From the NCBI GenBank assembly GCA_002341185.1, contig DDNP01000002.1:51709-115708 (forward strand): a stretch of 64,000 nucleotides of DNA, written 5' to 3'. Numbering within the stretch: position 1 is the stretch's first letter; each line of letters starts with the position of its first letter. Below, in pieces: positions 29,191 through 39,468 of this stretch. The translations under genes were made by a program, and so were the position numbers. The notes beneath the pieces are model-generated. The model worked only from the letters and a program-made list of their open reading frames with translations. It ran no database searches and had not been told where the DNA came from. The stretch is from Candidatus Neomicrothrix sp. UBA2517 (GTDB lineage Bacteria > Actinomycetota > Acidimicrobiia > Acidimicrobiales > UBA8592).

Positions 29191-29544
29191 CTACAGGTCT
29201 GTGATACTGATATCACCAAGGTCAACTCTTTGGAGAGTCTCAGTGATCTTTAACTGCAAAGCGGGTGGAGCTTTCACAGTATCTTTCTGCGCCATTGCTA
29301 ATTTAAACCTAATTTCCATTTCAAATACATTCGAGCATTGTACGCACAGACCAAAATGATTTCTGACAGATTGTATTACCGATGGATTAGGGATCCCATC
29401 GAGTACACGAAGAATAAGCTGTGCAGAATCTTCACAACTGTGTTCGGATGGTAGTTCAATAAACTTTTTTAACTCGCTACTTTTCCGTGAAGCACGAGAG
29501 TTATTGTTTGATGGCAGGTCCATATTGTCAGTCATTGAATGCAA
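29191..29544 (-). CDS. Zinc-binding anti-sigma factor (RsrA/RshA-like)
   Basis: ZAS motif H-FGL-C-VQ-C with an upstream Cys (SCED); overlaps the cognate sigma gene. Confidence 0.83.
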   Translation of the reverse strand: MHSMTDNMDLPSNNNSRASRKSSELKKFIELPSEHSCEDSAQLILRVLDGIPNPSVIQSVRNHFGLCVQCSNVFEMEIRFKLAMAQKDTVKAPPALQLKITETLQRVDLGDISITDL

Positions 29545-30145
29545 CCCCTGAGGTTTCTAACTCTTCCGAGGTAGATTGATCATCTTGGTAAATCAGTCTT
29601 CTAGAGGTCATGTAGTCCAAAAGTTGGTGTTTAAGCTTAGCCCGAGCTCGATGCAACCTTGACATCACTGTCCCGTCAGGAATCTGCAATATTTCAGCGA
29701 TTTCTTTATAAGAAAATCCTTGAACATCAGCAAGAAGAACTACTTGTTTATAGCTACCGGGAAGCGAATCAACAGCTATTTGGATTTCATCATCGGTGAG
29801 TCTTTCAAAAAGCGCATCCTCAGCGCTAATTCCAAGTTGATTATTCGAAGAAGTACCTACATTATTAAATAAATAAGCTGATTCAATATCTTCTACTTCC
29901 TGTTCATCAAAACTTCTTTGTTTTTTCCTATAGACGTTAATAAAAGTATTAGTAAGGATCCGGAATAACCATGCTCTAAGGTTTGTTCCATCATTGAAAC
30001 TTTCAAATGATCTATAACCTTTTAAGTATGTCTCTTGAACTAAATCTTCAGCATCAGAGGGATTCTTGGTAAGGCGGAGAGCGTGCGAATACAACTGATC
30101 CATGTAGGGCATTGCTTTTTCAGCGAAAAGATGTTGATCTGCCAT
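29528..30145 (-). CDS. ECF sigma factor, SigR/SigH family
   Basis: [55 protein letters not shown]; paired with a ZAS anti-sigma. Confidence 0.92.
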   Translation of the reverse strand: MADQHLFAEKAMPYMDQLYSHALRLTKNPSDAEDLVQETYLKGYRSFESFNDGTNLRAWLFRILTNTFINVYRKKQRSFDEQEVEDIESAYLFNNVGTSSNNQLGISAEDALFERLTDDEIQIAVDSLPGSYKQVVLLADVQGFSYKEIAEILQIPDGTVMSRLHRARAKLKHQLLDYMTSRRLIYQDDQSTSEELETSGVAFND

Positions 30146-30204
30146 CTCTCTAGTTTATCTAAATGTTTTAGCTATGACGTATTGAATATTGATTGAAATT
30201 TTTG

Positions 30205-30277
30205 AGCCCGAGAGGGGAATCGAACCCCTGACCTATTCATTACGAGTGAATCGCTCTGCCAACTGAGCTACCCGGGC
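30205..30277 (-). tRNA. tRNA-Thr (CGU)
   Basis: GCCCGGGTAGCTCAGTTGGCAGAGCG-ATTCA-CTCGTAA-TGAAT...GGTTCGATTCCCC...CGGGCT. Confidence 0.97.
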
Positions 30278-30332
30278 GAGACACAAATCTTGCCACGTAG
30301 AGTGTACTAGTGACCTTCGTTGAGGCAATGAT

Positions 30333-31382
30333 TTATTTTAATTCTGAGAGAGAGATCAAAAGTGATGTCAATAATAGTTTTTCATTTGCGTTTCGTTTCA
30401 TTGCTCCATTTGCTTTCTTGATTATTTTTACTCCTTGATAATTTTCTTTGTGAGGGGTTTCGCGAAGTTGCTCTAGCAACATAGTTATAAATATGGATAA
30501 ACCGAAATCAAGTTCATCAGTTCTAAATCTTCTTATTTCTCGCTTATGCATGGTCTCAAGTTGGCTTCTAGCACCAGATTTAATACCCAGTTGCTTTTCA
30601 TTGTCTAATAGTTCTTGCATTTCATGTTCATGCTTGTTGGTAATAATTTGTTGAGCTTCGTCAATTGCTTTTTGTAACCCGCTGACGGAGGATGCTATTG
30701 CGTGTCCCTCAGGTGTAAGATTTTCATATGTTGATCTCCACAGTTCGTGACGATATGCGATGTTGGGGTCTGATATTAAATTTCTTGCTCTGTCAATATC
30801 TCCTCTAGCTGCGACAGTGATTAATTGATTGTTATCAGCATCATGAACATGTTGTTCTAACCATTTTTTCATTTTTTGGTCAGAGATTCGATTGAATTGG
30901 ATTTTTTGACATCTGGATGCGATGGTTATTTGATTTTTGGGAACGATCTCAGAAAGAAGAATTATGATCACTGATTCTGGAGGTTCTTCAAGAGTTTTAA
31001 GTAACCGCCCAACTGCTGTTTCATTAGCGGTGTGGAACCTATCAGCCACTATTATTTTCTTTTTCCCCTCAATTGGGGATCTCGATGCTTCATTAATAAT
31101 TTCTTGAACATCATCATCTCTATATTGGTTTCCAGTTGGTTCTATCTTGATTAAATCTGGGTGATCACCTTTGCCAATTAGATAGGTTGATCTCTCGTGG
31201 TTTTGCTTTTGATTTTCATTGGTCATTATTAATGAGGCAAAAGCCTTTGCAGCATTCCACTTGCATGATCCTTTAGGGCCTAGGAACAAATATGCATGGA
31301 GAGGGTTCTGGCAAGCTTTTTGTAACTGGGCAATAGCAGAATCTTGATCTATTACATCTTTGAATAGGTCCGTTGGTGTCAT
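30333..31382 (-). CDS. holB: DNA polymerase III subunit delta'
   Basis: HAYLFLGPKG, HPDL, LLKTLEEPP, TIASRCQ; downstream of tmk. Confidence 0.9.
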   Translation of the reverse strand: MTPTDLFKDVIDQDSAIAQLQKACQNPLHAYLFLGPKGSCKWNAAKAFASLIMTNENQKQNHERSTYLIGKGDHPDLIKIEPTGNQYRDDDVQEIINEASRSPIEGKKKIIVADRFHTANETAVGRLLKTLEEPPESVIIILLSEIVPKNQITIASRCQKIQFNRISDQKMKKWLEQHVHDADNNQLITVAARGDIDRARNLISDPNIAYRHELWRSTYENLTPEGHAIASSVSGLQKAIDEAQQIITNKHEHEMQELLDNEKQLGIKSGARSQLETMHKREIRRFRTDELDFGLSIFITMLLEQLRETPHKENYQGVKIIKKANGAMKRNANEKLLLTSLLISLSELK

Positions 31383-31394
31383 AATAGCTATTTC

Positions 31395-31997
31395 TTAAGC
31401 GAGTTGAAGACTACTAAGGATTGCCTGATCAACGTTTGTTGCTACGGTCTCTTGATTCTTTGTCCCATCAATTACGATCCATGTGTCGCTTTGAGTTTCA
31501 GCCATTTTTAAATATCCATTGCGTACTCTTTGGTGGAAATCAATATTTTCTTGTTCGAATCTATCTGGGGTGTTCCCTCGGCGTTTCATTGACTCTTCAA
31601 CTGGCAAATCAATAAGAATCGTTAGGTCGGGAGTGAGATTATCAGTAGCGAAAAGTGATAAGTATAAAACTTGGTCTATCTCCAATCCACTTGCATAACC
31701 TTGATATGCCAATGAAGAGGCAAGAAACCTATCTGTTACAACGTGCTGTCCTTCAGCAAGTGTTGGCTGAATCACGTCTTGAACTAGTTGCGCCCTTGAA
31801 GCGGCCATAAGTAATGCTTCCGCTCGCAGAGCAACAGGTTCTTTAGGATCTAAGAGAATAGATCTTAGTGATTCTCCAACTGAGGTTCCGCCGGGTTCCC
31901 TTGTGAAGACAGCATTCAATTTCTGTGAGACGCGCTCTGCTTGAGTTGTTTTCCCACTAGCGTCTCCCCCTTCAAAAGCAATAAATTTAGCTTCCAC
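31395..31997 (-). CDS. tmk: Thymidylate kinase
   Basis: FIAFEGGDASGKTTQ, TREPGGT, RAQLV, VVTDRF, PDLT. Confidence 0.97.
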   Translation of the reverse strand: MEAKFIAFEGGDASGKTTQAERVSQKLNAVFTREPGGTSVGESLRSILLDPKEPVALRAEALLMAASRAQLVQDVIQPTLAEGQHVVTDRFLASSLAYQGYASGLEIDQVLYLSLFATDNLTPDLTILIDLPVEESMKRRGNTPDRFEQENIDFHQRVRNGYLKMAETQSDTWIVIDGTKNQETVATNVDQAILSSLQLA

Positions 31998-33441
31998 TTT
32001 TCGGAGTCTCCTCTGTTTGGTTTTCTATATTTTCGTTAAATAAGTTTCGAACTGATGTGAGGGCTAAGAAGCCTGCACCAATGATAATAAGCGATGCTAG
32101 CCAAAGCGTCACACGGACACCTGGAACAAATATTTGCCACCCGAAGATGGTAGCTTTTTTATCCAAGAATTCTTCTGATAAGCCATTAAAAGTTGCTGCA
32201 ACAAAAGGGCCGATTGACATTGCGATTATTAAGGAGAGTCTGACAATTGTATATACAGCAGAGAATATTCTTCCTCGTAAATTTTCAGCAACGCTTATTT
32301 GTAGAAGTGTGAAGCCGAGTACGTAAATGGCTCCAGCAAATACACCAAGTAAACCTATTAGTGAAGCTGCTGGCCATAGCCCCGACATTGATGTACCGAT
32401 AAATAGCGATACCCCAGCGCCAAATACAGATATCACGAATAACCGTACCTGACTTATTCTTTGTCTAGATAGGGCTATGAATGCGACGCCGATAGCAACT
32501 CCTATTCCTAATGCTGTTTGTAGGACTGACATCCCGTCAGCGGGGTTTTCTCCGAGGACGTCTTTAGCAAAGATCGGCCCTAAAGGGATAAGCATGCCTC
32601 CACCTATGAGTCCTGCACCCAGTGCTGCACATACAGCTCTGACAACGGGATTAACGAAGATGAATTCCCATCCTTCTCGTAGTTCATCAATCGTTGATTT
32701 TAGATCCAGTTTGGGTTTTTTCTTGTCTTTGATTTCTGTCGAGTTTCTGTTCGGAATCGAAATAAAATAGATCATTACTGCGGAAAAGAGGAACGTTAAT
32801 GAATCTGCATAAAATCCTAAACCTATCTGATCAGCGTTGATGCTTCCTGCTCCAGGCCATGTTTCAACTTTGTCAGCAAATTTGCCAAGGAATATAAATA
32901 AACTTGCTGCAATTGGAACTGTTCCGTATGTGGCTGCCATTTGCAAAGAATTTACTGTTGTGAGACTTTCTTTAGGAACCATGCTTGGGACCACTGAATC
33001 TTTTGCTGGGATCCAGAGAAGTGTGAATACTTCTAATGCCAATGATGCAATTACAAGGTGCCATACGGTCGTTGCAAATGGGAGCATGAGTAGTATTGCG
33101 ACTCGCCCTAAGTCGCATAGGATCATGACCCTTTTTCTATTCCACCTATCCACGAGTACCCCTGCCAAAGGGGCGAGGAAAAGACCGGGGATAATGCGAG
33201 CGGAAAATACAAACCCAACAGCTGTTTCAGGAGTTCCTCCTCCCAGTTCTGTAGCCGCCGCAGCTATTGCCAGGAACCCTAACCAGTCCCCTAGTGATCC
33301 GACTAGCTGGACTAGCCATAGGCGAAAGTATTGGTAACTTCCAAATACCTTTACTACCCATTGGGTAGCATCGACTCTCTGATAGTCGGCAACGCGATTC
33401 CTATTCCGTTGCGGGTTTGATGAAGCATTTTCCACGACCAC
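31987..33441 (-). CDS. MFS transporter (type found upstream of tmk in Actinomycetota)
   Basis: About 12 TM segments; GVLVDRWNRKRVMILCDLGR; ENLRGRIFS; overlaps tmk by 11 nt. Confidence 0.9.
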   Translation of the reverse strand: MVVENASSNPQRNRNRVADYQRVDATQWVVKVFGSYQYFRLWLVQLVGSLGDWLGFLAIAAAATELGGGTPETAVGFVFSARIIPGLFLAPLAGVLVDRWNRKRVMILCDLGRVAILLMLPFATTVWHLVIASLALEVFTLLWIPAKDSVVPSMVPKESLTTVNSLQMAATYGTVPIAASLFIFLGKFADKVETWPGAGSINADQIGLGFYADSLTFLFSAVMIYFISIPNRNSTEIKDKKKPKLDLKSTIDELREGWEFIFVNPVVRAVCAALGAGLIGGGMLIPLGPIFAKDVLGENPADGMSVLQTALGIGVAIGVAFIALSRQRISQVRLFVISVFGAGVSLFIGTSMSGLWPAASLIGLLGVFAGAIYVLGFTLLQISVAENLRGRIFSAVYTIVRLSLIIAMSIGPFVAATFNGLSEEFLDKKATIFGWQIFVPGVRVTLWLASLIIIGAGFLALTSVRNLFNENIENQTEETPKSGS

Positions 33442-33488
33442 AGAGTACCGTCTTAATTGCTGTTGATCATGTTAGGTAAGAAAAGACT

Positions 33489-36400
33489 TTAATTCTGTTG
33501 TGCCCGTCGGTCTGCGAGTAATTCTTTAGCCCGTTCACTGGTTATTTGTTCAATTGTGTCTCCAAGTTGAAGACTTGCGTTCGTGACACCATCTGTAACA
33601 TATGGGCCGAATTTACCTGTTTTAACTTCGATAGGATTTCCTGAAATGCTATCAACGGCAGGCTTCCCATCCTTGTCCTTCAAAATGATGGTTTTGGTTT
33701 GTCTTCGCTGAAATTTCTTTGGGGTTGCAAGAAGAGTTAAACACGAAGCAAGGTTAATGGAAAAGATATCATTTTCACTGATACTTCGCGTCTGAATACC
33801 GCAGTCCTCTCCCTCTATACGTATGTAGGGGCCAAAGGGTCCATTATGAACGGTAATAACCTCGCCTTGTAAAAGTTTGAATGATGCTTCACCTTTTTTA
33901 GGTGGAGGGTTTATTTCAATAGTAGTTGTTTCTGGTATCAAAAGTTCTCGCGGAAGGCTGAGTACATTAATAGCGTCATCTATTGAGATAGTTTCAGAAG
34001 ACATCATCTCAAGAAGCGAAGCAGTTTTAGGTTTAGGTGCATCTTTCAAGTCTTGACGTTCAATGAGTGTGGTCGAGATGCTTTCGATTGATGAGAATTC
34101 ATTCATCGTGGCTAATAAATTCTCTAAAATCTTTATTTTGTCTTCTGCCTTATCCATTCTAGAAATTTCTTTCCAGTAGCCAGTGTCAATCAGTAATTCT
34201 CGGAGGCGGTATCCGGCAGGTTCATCGATATTTTTTTCATTCCATGAATCAAGATTCTTTATCAACTTTCTCGCTGCTTTGGCAGAGTTATCGTTGAGAA
34301 ACTTTTGTTTGGTCAGAGCTTCTTTAAATGAGACCTTCTCGCTACTAGCAAGATTCTCAATATGTTCAATTGACTTTTTCCCTATTCCACGTTTGGGTTC
34401 ATTCAAAATTATTTTCATTGCTTTATCATCATCAGGTCTTGTTGCCGCCTGTAGATAAGCACAAGCAACTTTAATGACTTTTAGATGGTGCGGTTGTTTC
34501 ATCAATCGCCCTTCTTTTGATGACATCGGAGGCCACTTAGGGAAATCCCCTAGTGAAACATATTCGCCAAATGACCCGTTCCTAAGGTAGACCGGCAAAC
34601 CCTTGGAAGGGTCATAACCCAATATTCTTTCAACTTCGTTTGATGAAATTATCTTTATTGCTTTTTCTTTTTCGATCCAACCAAGAACAGTGTCTGGTTT
34701 CGATGCTAGGTCAATTAATTCTTTGGCCTTTTTTATAGTTAACTCATCAAGCGGCAGCGTTGGAGGTAGCGAAGCTGTTTCTCCATCAACCGAAAGTTGT
34801 ACATAGGGTTTTTGGTTTGCGAAGCGTGCATAAATGCTTTGATCAGTTTCATCATCTTGCCCAATTGAATGCGCGGCTTCATGACGAATTCGCGGTAGGT
34901 CAATCTTAATTTGGTTTTGGATGTCTTCTACCTTTGATTCCCACTCATTCGTTCCGAAATACCAATCATTAAGGAAGTTGTCGCGCTCAAGGGTTCCATC
35001 CGCAATGAGATCTAGCTTCTTGTTTAAGTTTGCGGTGTATTCATATTGGACTTCGTCTTGGAATTCATTTTCATAAAAGTTGGTAGCTACAAATGCTTTG
35101 ACAGTAGGGACCAATGCGCGACCATCTTTGTGCGTGTATTCTCGTGCTTGAATTTTCCCTATGGTCGCCGCAAAGGTAGAAGGTCGCCCTATGCCTTCCT
35201 CTTCCATCCATTTAACTAATGAAGCTTCGGTGAACCTAGCAGGTGGTTTAGTTTCATGATTGTTTATATCAATTTGATTTGTATTGACTTTTTCGCCTTC
35301 TTCTAATCCTGGAAGAATAACAGTACTTTCTTGTTCTATTGAATTTCTGTTTTCTTCCTCATAGATTTCTTTAAAGCCTGAATGAATAATTGTGCGTCCG
35401 GTTGCGCTAAATAGAACATAATGAATATCTTTATTGGGGTTATTCCCTTCTAAGGTAATTCGTTTAGTTTCGCCAGTTTCATCTGTCATTTGTGAAGCCA
35501 GTGTTCTTTTCCAAATTAATGAATAGACAGCGAGTTGGTCTTTGTTAAGTTCGTTTTTTAGTTCCTCTGGTGTGCGGAATATTTCGCCGGCTGGGCGTAT
35601 CGCTTCATGCGCTTCTTGTGCACTTTTGCTTTTTGTCACGTATGTTCTTGGTTCATCTGGTAAGTATTCGGTGCCACATGTTTGCTCAACTTGCCGACGC
35701 GCCGCGTTGAGTGCTTGATCCGACAAACCTGGACTATCGGTCCTGTGATATGTGATGTAACCATTTTGATAAAGGCCCTGAGCAATGGCCATAGCTGCTC
35801 CTGAGGAACCACCTAGCTTGTTGATTACTTCCTGTTGAAATGTAGACGTTGTAAATGGGGGTTTAGGTTGTCGTCGATAGGGTGATGTTTCAATTGAAGA
35901 AACTTCTAAGGCTTCATTTGTAAATTGTTCTTTTACTTTTATTGCGTTGTCCTCAGTTAGGACAACGACATCTTCTGGTTTTTTGAGTTCACCATTTTCA
36001 TTGAAATCAGTTTTCCCTGAAGCAACTCGCTTCTGATTTATACCAATTAATTTTGCATCAAAGGTGCTTGAATTGTTTGAGCTAAGTTGCCCTGTGGCAC
36101 TCCAGTAGGAAGTGCTTTTAAACCGTATTCTTTCTTTTTCTCTTTCTACAATCTTTCTAAGGGTGGGGCTTTGAACACGCCCTCCTGTTGCGCCGCCACC
36201 TATTACTTGTCGAGCTAAGCCCGATAAGTCATATCCAATTACTCGATCTAAGACTCGTCTGGTTTCTTGAGCAGAAACTTGGTCCATATCAATGCTCCTT
36301 GTGTTCTCTAAGGCTGCTTTGATCGCTTTTTCAGTAATTTCATGAAAGACCATTCGGTACACTGGAAGGCCAGGTTGAAGTACCTCTACTAAATGCCATG

Positions 36401-36788
36401 CTATAGCCTCGCCTTCTCTGTCTTCATCGGTAGCTAGGTATAAAGCATCGGCTTTTTTAAGAGCTCGCTTTAATTGCGCAATAGTCTTCTGGCTTTTTAA
36501 GCTTTCGACATACCATGGGATCCAACTTTTTGTTCCCAGTTTTTTTTGAAGATTTTGGACGAGTGGATCTGCGGGTAAGTTGATCTCAGATTCAATTCCA
36601 AATTTAGTTAAAGTAGGATTTTCCGAATGTAGAGAAGAGATAAACTTTGTATCGTTCTTTACGTCTTTAGGTTGAATAAGGTCTCGGATATGGCCCACTG
36701 AAGCTTCGACAGTATAGTCATCGCCTAAAAAACGAGAAATTGTTTTTGCCTTTGCTGGTGACTCAACTATGACAAGTGATTTCGGCAC
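33489..36788 (-). CDS. topA: DNA topoisomerase I (type IA) with actinobacterial C-terminal repeats and an inserted UvrD/PcrA 2B-like domain
   Basis: LVIVESPAKAKTI, LATDEDREGEAIAWH, GRVQSP, GYITYHRTDS, AHEAIRP, GIGRPST; repeats G(S/P/K)FG(E/P)YV; extra about 135 aa at aa 767-900. Confidence 0.96.
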   Translation of the reverse strand: MPKSLVIVESPAKAKTISRFLGDDYTVEASVGHIRDLIQPKDVKNDTKFISSLHSENPTLTKFGIESEINLPADPLVQNLQKKLGTKSWIPWYVESLKSQKTIAQLKRALKKADALYLATDEDREGEAIAWHLVEVLQPGLPVYRMVFHEITEKAIKAALENTRSIDMDQVSAQETRRVLDRVIGYDLSGLARQVIGGGATGGRVQSPTLRKIVEREKERIRFKSTSYWSATGQLSSNNSSTFDAKLIGINQKRVASGKTDFNENGELKKPEDVVVLTEDNAIKVKEQFTNEALEVSSIETSPYRRQPKPPFTTSTFQQEVINKLGGSSGAAMAIAQGLYQNGYITYHRTDSPGLSDQALNAARRQVEQTCGTEYLPDEPRTYVTKSKSAQEAHEAIRPAGEIFRTPEELKNELNKDQLAVYSLIWKRTLASQMTDETGETKRITLEGNNPNKDIHYVLFSATGRTIIHSGFKEIYEEENRNSIEQESTVILPGLEEGEKVNTNQIDINNHETKPPARFTEASLVKWMEEEGIGRPSTFAATIGKIQAREYTHKDGRALVPTVKAFVATNFYENEFQDEVQYEYTANLNKKLDLIADGTLERDNFLNDWYFGTNEWESKVEDIQNQIKIDLPRIRHEAAHSIGQDDETDQSIYARFANQKPYVQLSVDGETASLPPTLPLDELTIKKAKELIDLASKPDTVLGWIEKEKAIKIISSNEVERILGYDPSKGLPVYLRNGSFGEYVSLGDFPKWPPMSSKEGRLMKQPHHLKVIKVACAYLQAATRPDDDKAMKIILNEPKRGIGKKSIEHIENLASSEKVSFKEALTKQKFLNDNSAKAARKLIKNLDSWNEKNIDEPAGYRLRELLIDTGYWKEISRMDKAEDKIKILENLLATMNEFSSIESISTTLIERQDLKDAPKPKTASLLEMMSSETISIDDAINVLSLPRELLIPETTTIEINPPPKKGEASFKLLQGEVITVHNGPFGPYIRIEGEDCGIQTRSISENDIFSINLASCLTLLATPKKFQRRQTKTIILKDKDGKPAVDSISGNPIEVKTGKFGPYVTDGVTNASLQLGDTIEQITSERAKELLADRRAQQN

Positions 36789-36983
36789 TGTGGACCTTTC
36801 GGCATATTTTGATAGAGAAAATTTTTTACTTTGCTAGCGAACGGAGGGTAACGCAAAAAAAACTGTTTTCAATGCATTTTACAAAATTCAATTATTTCTT
36901 GGCTCTTTGGAAAATTATAGATCTACATCAATCTTTAATTTCACCTGCTTAATTTTGATGGGGTTTGCGAATCTTATTTGGAG

Positions 36984-38351
36984 CTATTCGTTATCCATTT
37001 GAGTAGTATCTTTTGTTCCTGAGCGAAGGAACAGTAACCCTAAAATGCCTGCAATTAGTGAGGCAAAAAGGATACCTATTTTGGATTGATTAATGATTTC
37101 CATATCATCAAATGCAAGATTTGTTATGAATAATGAAACAGTGAAACCTATCCCTGCAGTAGCGGCTAGTCCAAGAAGCGATTTGAAATTTAAACCAGAA
37201 GGTGCGGACGTAAAGGGAAGTTTCATACCAAGCCATGTCAGTAATGTGATGCCAAAGATCTTCCCTACTATCAAGCCGAGACCGACCCCCCAGGTTACTG
37301 GGCTGGTGATGGCATCTGAAAGTAATCCGTCACCCATATTTACGCCTGCATTAGCAAGAGCAAAGATGGGGATGATGATGAAACTAGAAATAGGGTGAAG
37401 TGCGCTTTCTATGCGTTCAGCTACTGAGACCTGTGACTCTCGAATTTCCATAGCTGTTAGGCGAACATCAACAGGGTATATATTCTCACCTTTATCACGG
37501 AGCCACTCTAAAGCTGCTAAACCTTCTTCTTTGCTCTGTTGTGGTTTTGCTGGCGTTGCAAGACCTAGGACCACTCCAGCGATAGTTGCATGAATCCCTG
37601 ACTCAAAGGTAGCTAACCATAGCGCAGTACCTAAGGCTATATAGATTGGAATGTACCAAATGTTTAGTCTTCTCAACAAGACAATAATCCCCATAATGAT
37701 GAGCGCAGTTATGAACCAACTGAGAGATAAATCAGATGTGTAGAAGATAGCAATAACCACAATTGCGCCAATGTCATCAGCTATGGCGAGGGACAGTAGA
37801 AAAACTTTTAAAGGTCTTCCTATTCTGTCTCCAAGCAGGGATATTACTCCGACTGCGAATGCTATGTCAGTCGCCATGGGTATACCCCAACCTGAAGAAG
37901 CTTCACCACTCGTATTAAAGAGCACATAAATAAGAGCTGGGAAGACCATTCCTCCGATTGCAGCTATTACTGGAAGTGCCGCAGCTTTCGGGTCCTTAAG
38001 CTGGCCGCTAACTAATTCTCTTTTGATTTCAAGGCCTACAACGAAAAAGAATATTGCCATCAGCGCATCGTTAACTAATGTTTCAAGAGTTATGTGGTGA
38101 GACTCTCCTCCCATGTGATAACTACCTATAACAAGTTCGAAATCGGTATGCCAAAAATTATAATAGCTATCTGACCAGGGAGAATTAGCCCAAATTAGTG
38201 CGGCTATAGCTGCAATGAGTAGAACGACTCCACCTGATGCCTCAACATGCAAAAACCTTCGGACTGGCTTACCGACTCTTCTTGCGAGTCGTCCATCTCC
38301 TCCTAAGAATGTCCATTTAGGTAGTTCTGGAATAGGTGTGTTGCTGGCCAT
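36984..38351 (-). CDS. nhaA: Na+/H+ antiporter NhaA
   Basis: VNDALMAIFF, VGLEIKRE, GWGIPMATDIAF, LAIADD, GIGFTVSLFI. Confidence 0.96.
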   Translation of the reverse strand: MASNTPIPELPKWTFLGGDGRLARRVGKPVRRFLHVEASGGVVLLIAAIAALIWANSPWSDSYYNFWHTDFELVIGSYHMGGESHHITLETLVNDALMAIFFFVVGLEIKRELVSGQLKDPKAAALPVIAAIGGMVFPALIYVLFNTSGEASSGWGIPMATDIAFAVGVISLLGDRIGRPLKVFLLSLAIADDIGAIVVIAIFYTSDLSLSWFITALIIMGIIVLLRRLNIWYIPIYIALGTALWLATFESGIHATIAGVVLGLATPAKPQQSKEEGLAALEWLRDKGENIYPVDVRLTAMEIRESQVSVAERIESALHPISSFIIIPIFALANAGVNMGDGLLSDAITSPVTWGVGLGLIVGKIFGITLLTWLGMKLPFTSAPSGLNFKSLLGLAATAGIGFTVSLFITNLAFDDMEIINQSKIGILFASLIAGILGLLFLRSGTKDTTQMDNE

Positions 38352-38440
38352 TTAATACGTGTCCTTGATAAATAATTAGACAGTAATAAACGTATCTGGC
38401 TTACATTGCAATGAAGTGTTTCTATGTAATGTAATAAATT

Positions 38441-38953
38441 TCATTCGAAGAATCGTATTTCGCCTTCAGCGACCTCAATTACAGCCTGAATTGCTTCGTG
38501 AAGAGACGCATGCTGAGTCTGAAATTCCTGAATTTCTGGATCAATTTGATCACCGGCTGAGGGGGCTTTGCGAGCATCGTCTAATCCCTGAAGGTTCTCT
38601 AATGCTTTATCCCAGTCTGTTTGATTAGCCTTTCGTTCAAGAAACATACTTGGAGCTTGAATCAGAGCCCTATCAAGATCATTAATAATTGCTAAAATTA
38701 TATCTGTAGTAGTCAAAACTCCAGGTGTGGCAATCAAATGCAATGCTTGGAGTTTACGCATAGCCATAGCCGCAATCATTTCAGGTCTTCCCAACTCGGT
38801 AATAGCAGAATCGATTTCAGCTAAATCAATTGTGACGTTTATTTCAACATCAAACCATTTTCGTAAAGTATTGAATAAGTTTTCAGTCACACTGTGCAGT
38901 GCTAACAGGGAGTCGGGTTTAGGTATTGGGTTTAAGTCGTCGTTTTCTTCCAT
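38441..38953 (-). CDS. Hypothetical protein, third gene of the anti-anti-sigma / anti-sigma run
   Basis: 170 aa predicted helical, acidic ORF starting 34 nt after the RsbW-like gene on the same strand. Confidence 0.6.
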   Translation of the reverse strand: MEENDDLNPIPKPDSLLALHSVTENLFNTLRKWFDVEINVTIDLAEIDSAITELGRPEMIAAMAMRKLQALHLIATPGVLTTTDIILAIINDLDRALIQAPSMFLERKANQTDWDKALENLQGLDDARKAPSAGDQIDPEIQEFQTQHASLHEAIQAVIEVAEGEIRFFE

Positions 38954-38987
38954 CGATACAATCTACTGATTTAACTCATGATACGTG

Positions 38988-39443
38988 TTAGGTCATTGAA
39001 GTTTGAGAGGAGTCGTTAGATGGGGGTGTGTAAACGACTAGCTGTACGGTAGTGCCTTCATCAGCCGAGTTAATTTTTATTTCATCAGCAAGGACTCTCA
39101 TGAGTGGTATTCCGAACCCTCCTTCGTAATTCAACCTCTCTGGTTGGTTTAATGGTCCAGCTGGTTCTAATTTATCTGGGTTGAAGCCAGGTCCTCTATC
39201 TTGTACCTCTACTTCAATTCGATCTGTGGTAAGACCACAACGTATTGTTATGCGTTCCTCAGATCCTAAATTTGCATGGGAACGTATGGCATTCGTCGTC
39301 GCTTCTGAAACAGCTAGCCTGAGGTCTTCAAGACGCTGATCCTCAACCCCTGAATCTAATGCTGCTGCACAAACAACAACTGCTCGAACAAGTGATAGAT
39401 ATTCAGCTTTAGCAGGTATTTCGAGCGTGATTCCGTTTGTCAT
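38988..39443 (-). CDS. RsbW-like anti-sigma factor / Ser kinase (HATPase_c)
   Basis: LRLAVSEATTNAIRSH (N box), VQDRGPGF (G1), GGFGIPLM (G2). Confidence 0.88.
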   Translation of the reverse strand: MTNGITLEIPAKAEYLSLVRAVVVCAAALDSGVEDQRLEDLRLAVSEATTNAIRSHANLGSEERITIRCGLTTDRIEVEVQDRGPGFNPDKLEPAGPLNQPERLNYEGGFGIPLMRVLADEIKINSADEGTTVQLVVYTPPSNDSSQTSMT

Positions 39444-39468
39444 GATTTGGTATTAATTTGTTTATTTT

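Noticed and set aside
31395-33441. Frameshifted MFS-Tmk fusion as seen in some actinomycetes
   Set aside because: The MFS has its own TAA and tmk its own GTG in an 11-nt overlap; consistent with two coupled genes, with no sign of a broken fusion.
33489-36788. Reverse gyrase or full helicase-topoisomerase fusion
   Set aside because: No Walker A/B or other helicase motor motifs are present; only the 2B-like subdomain is inserted.
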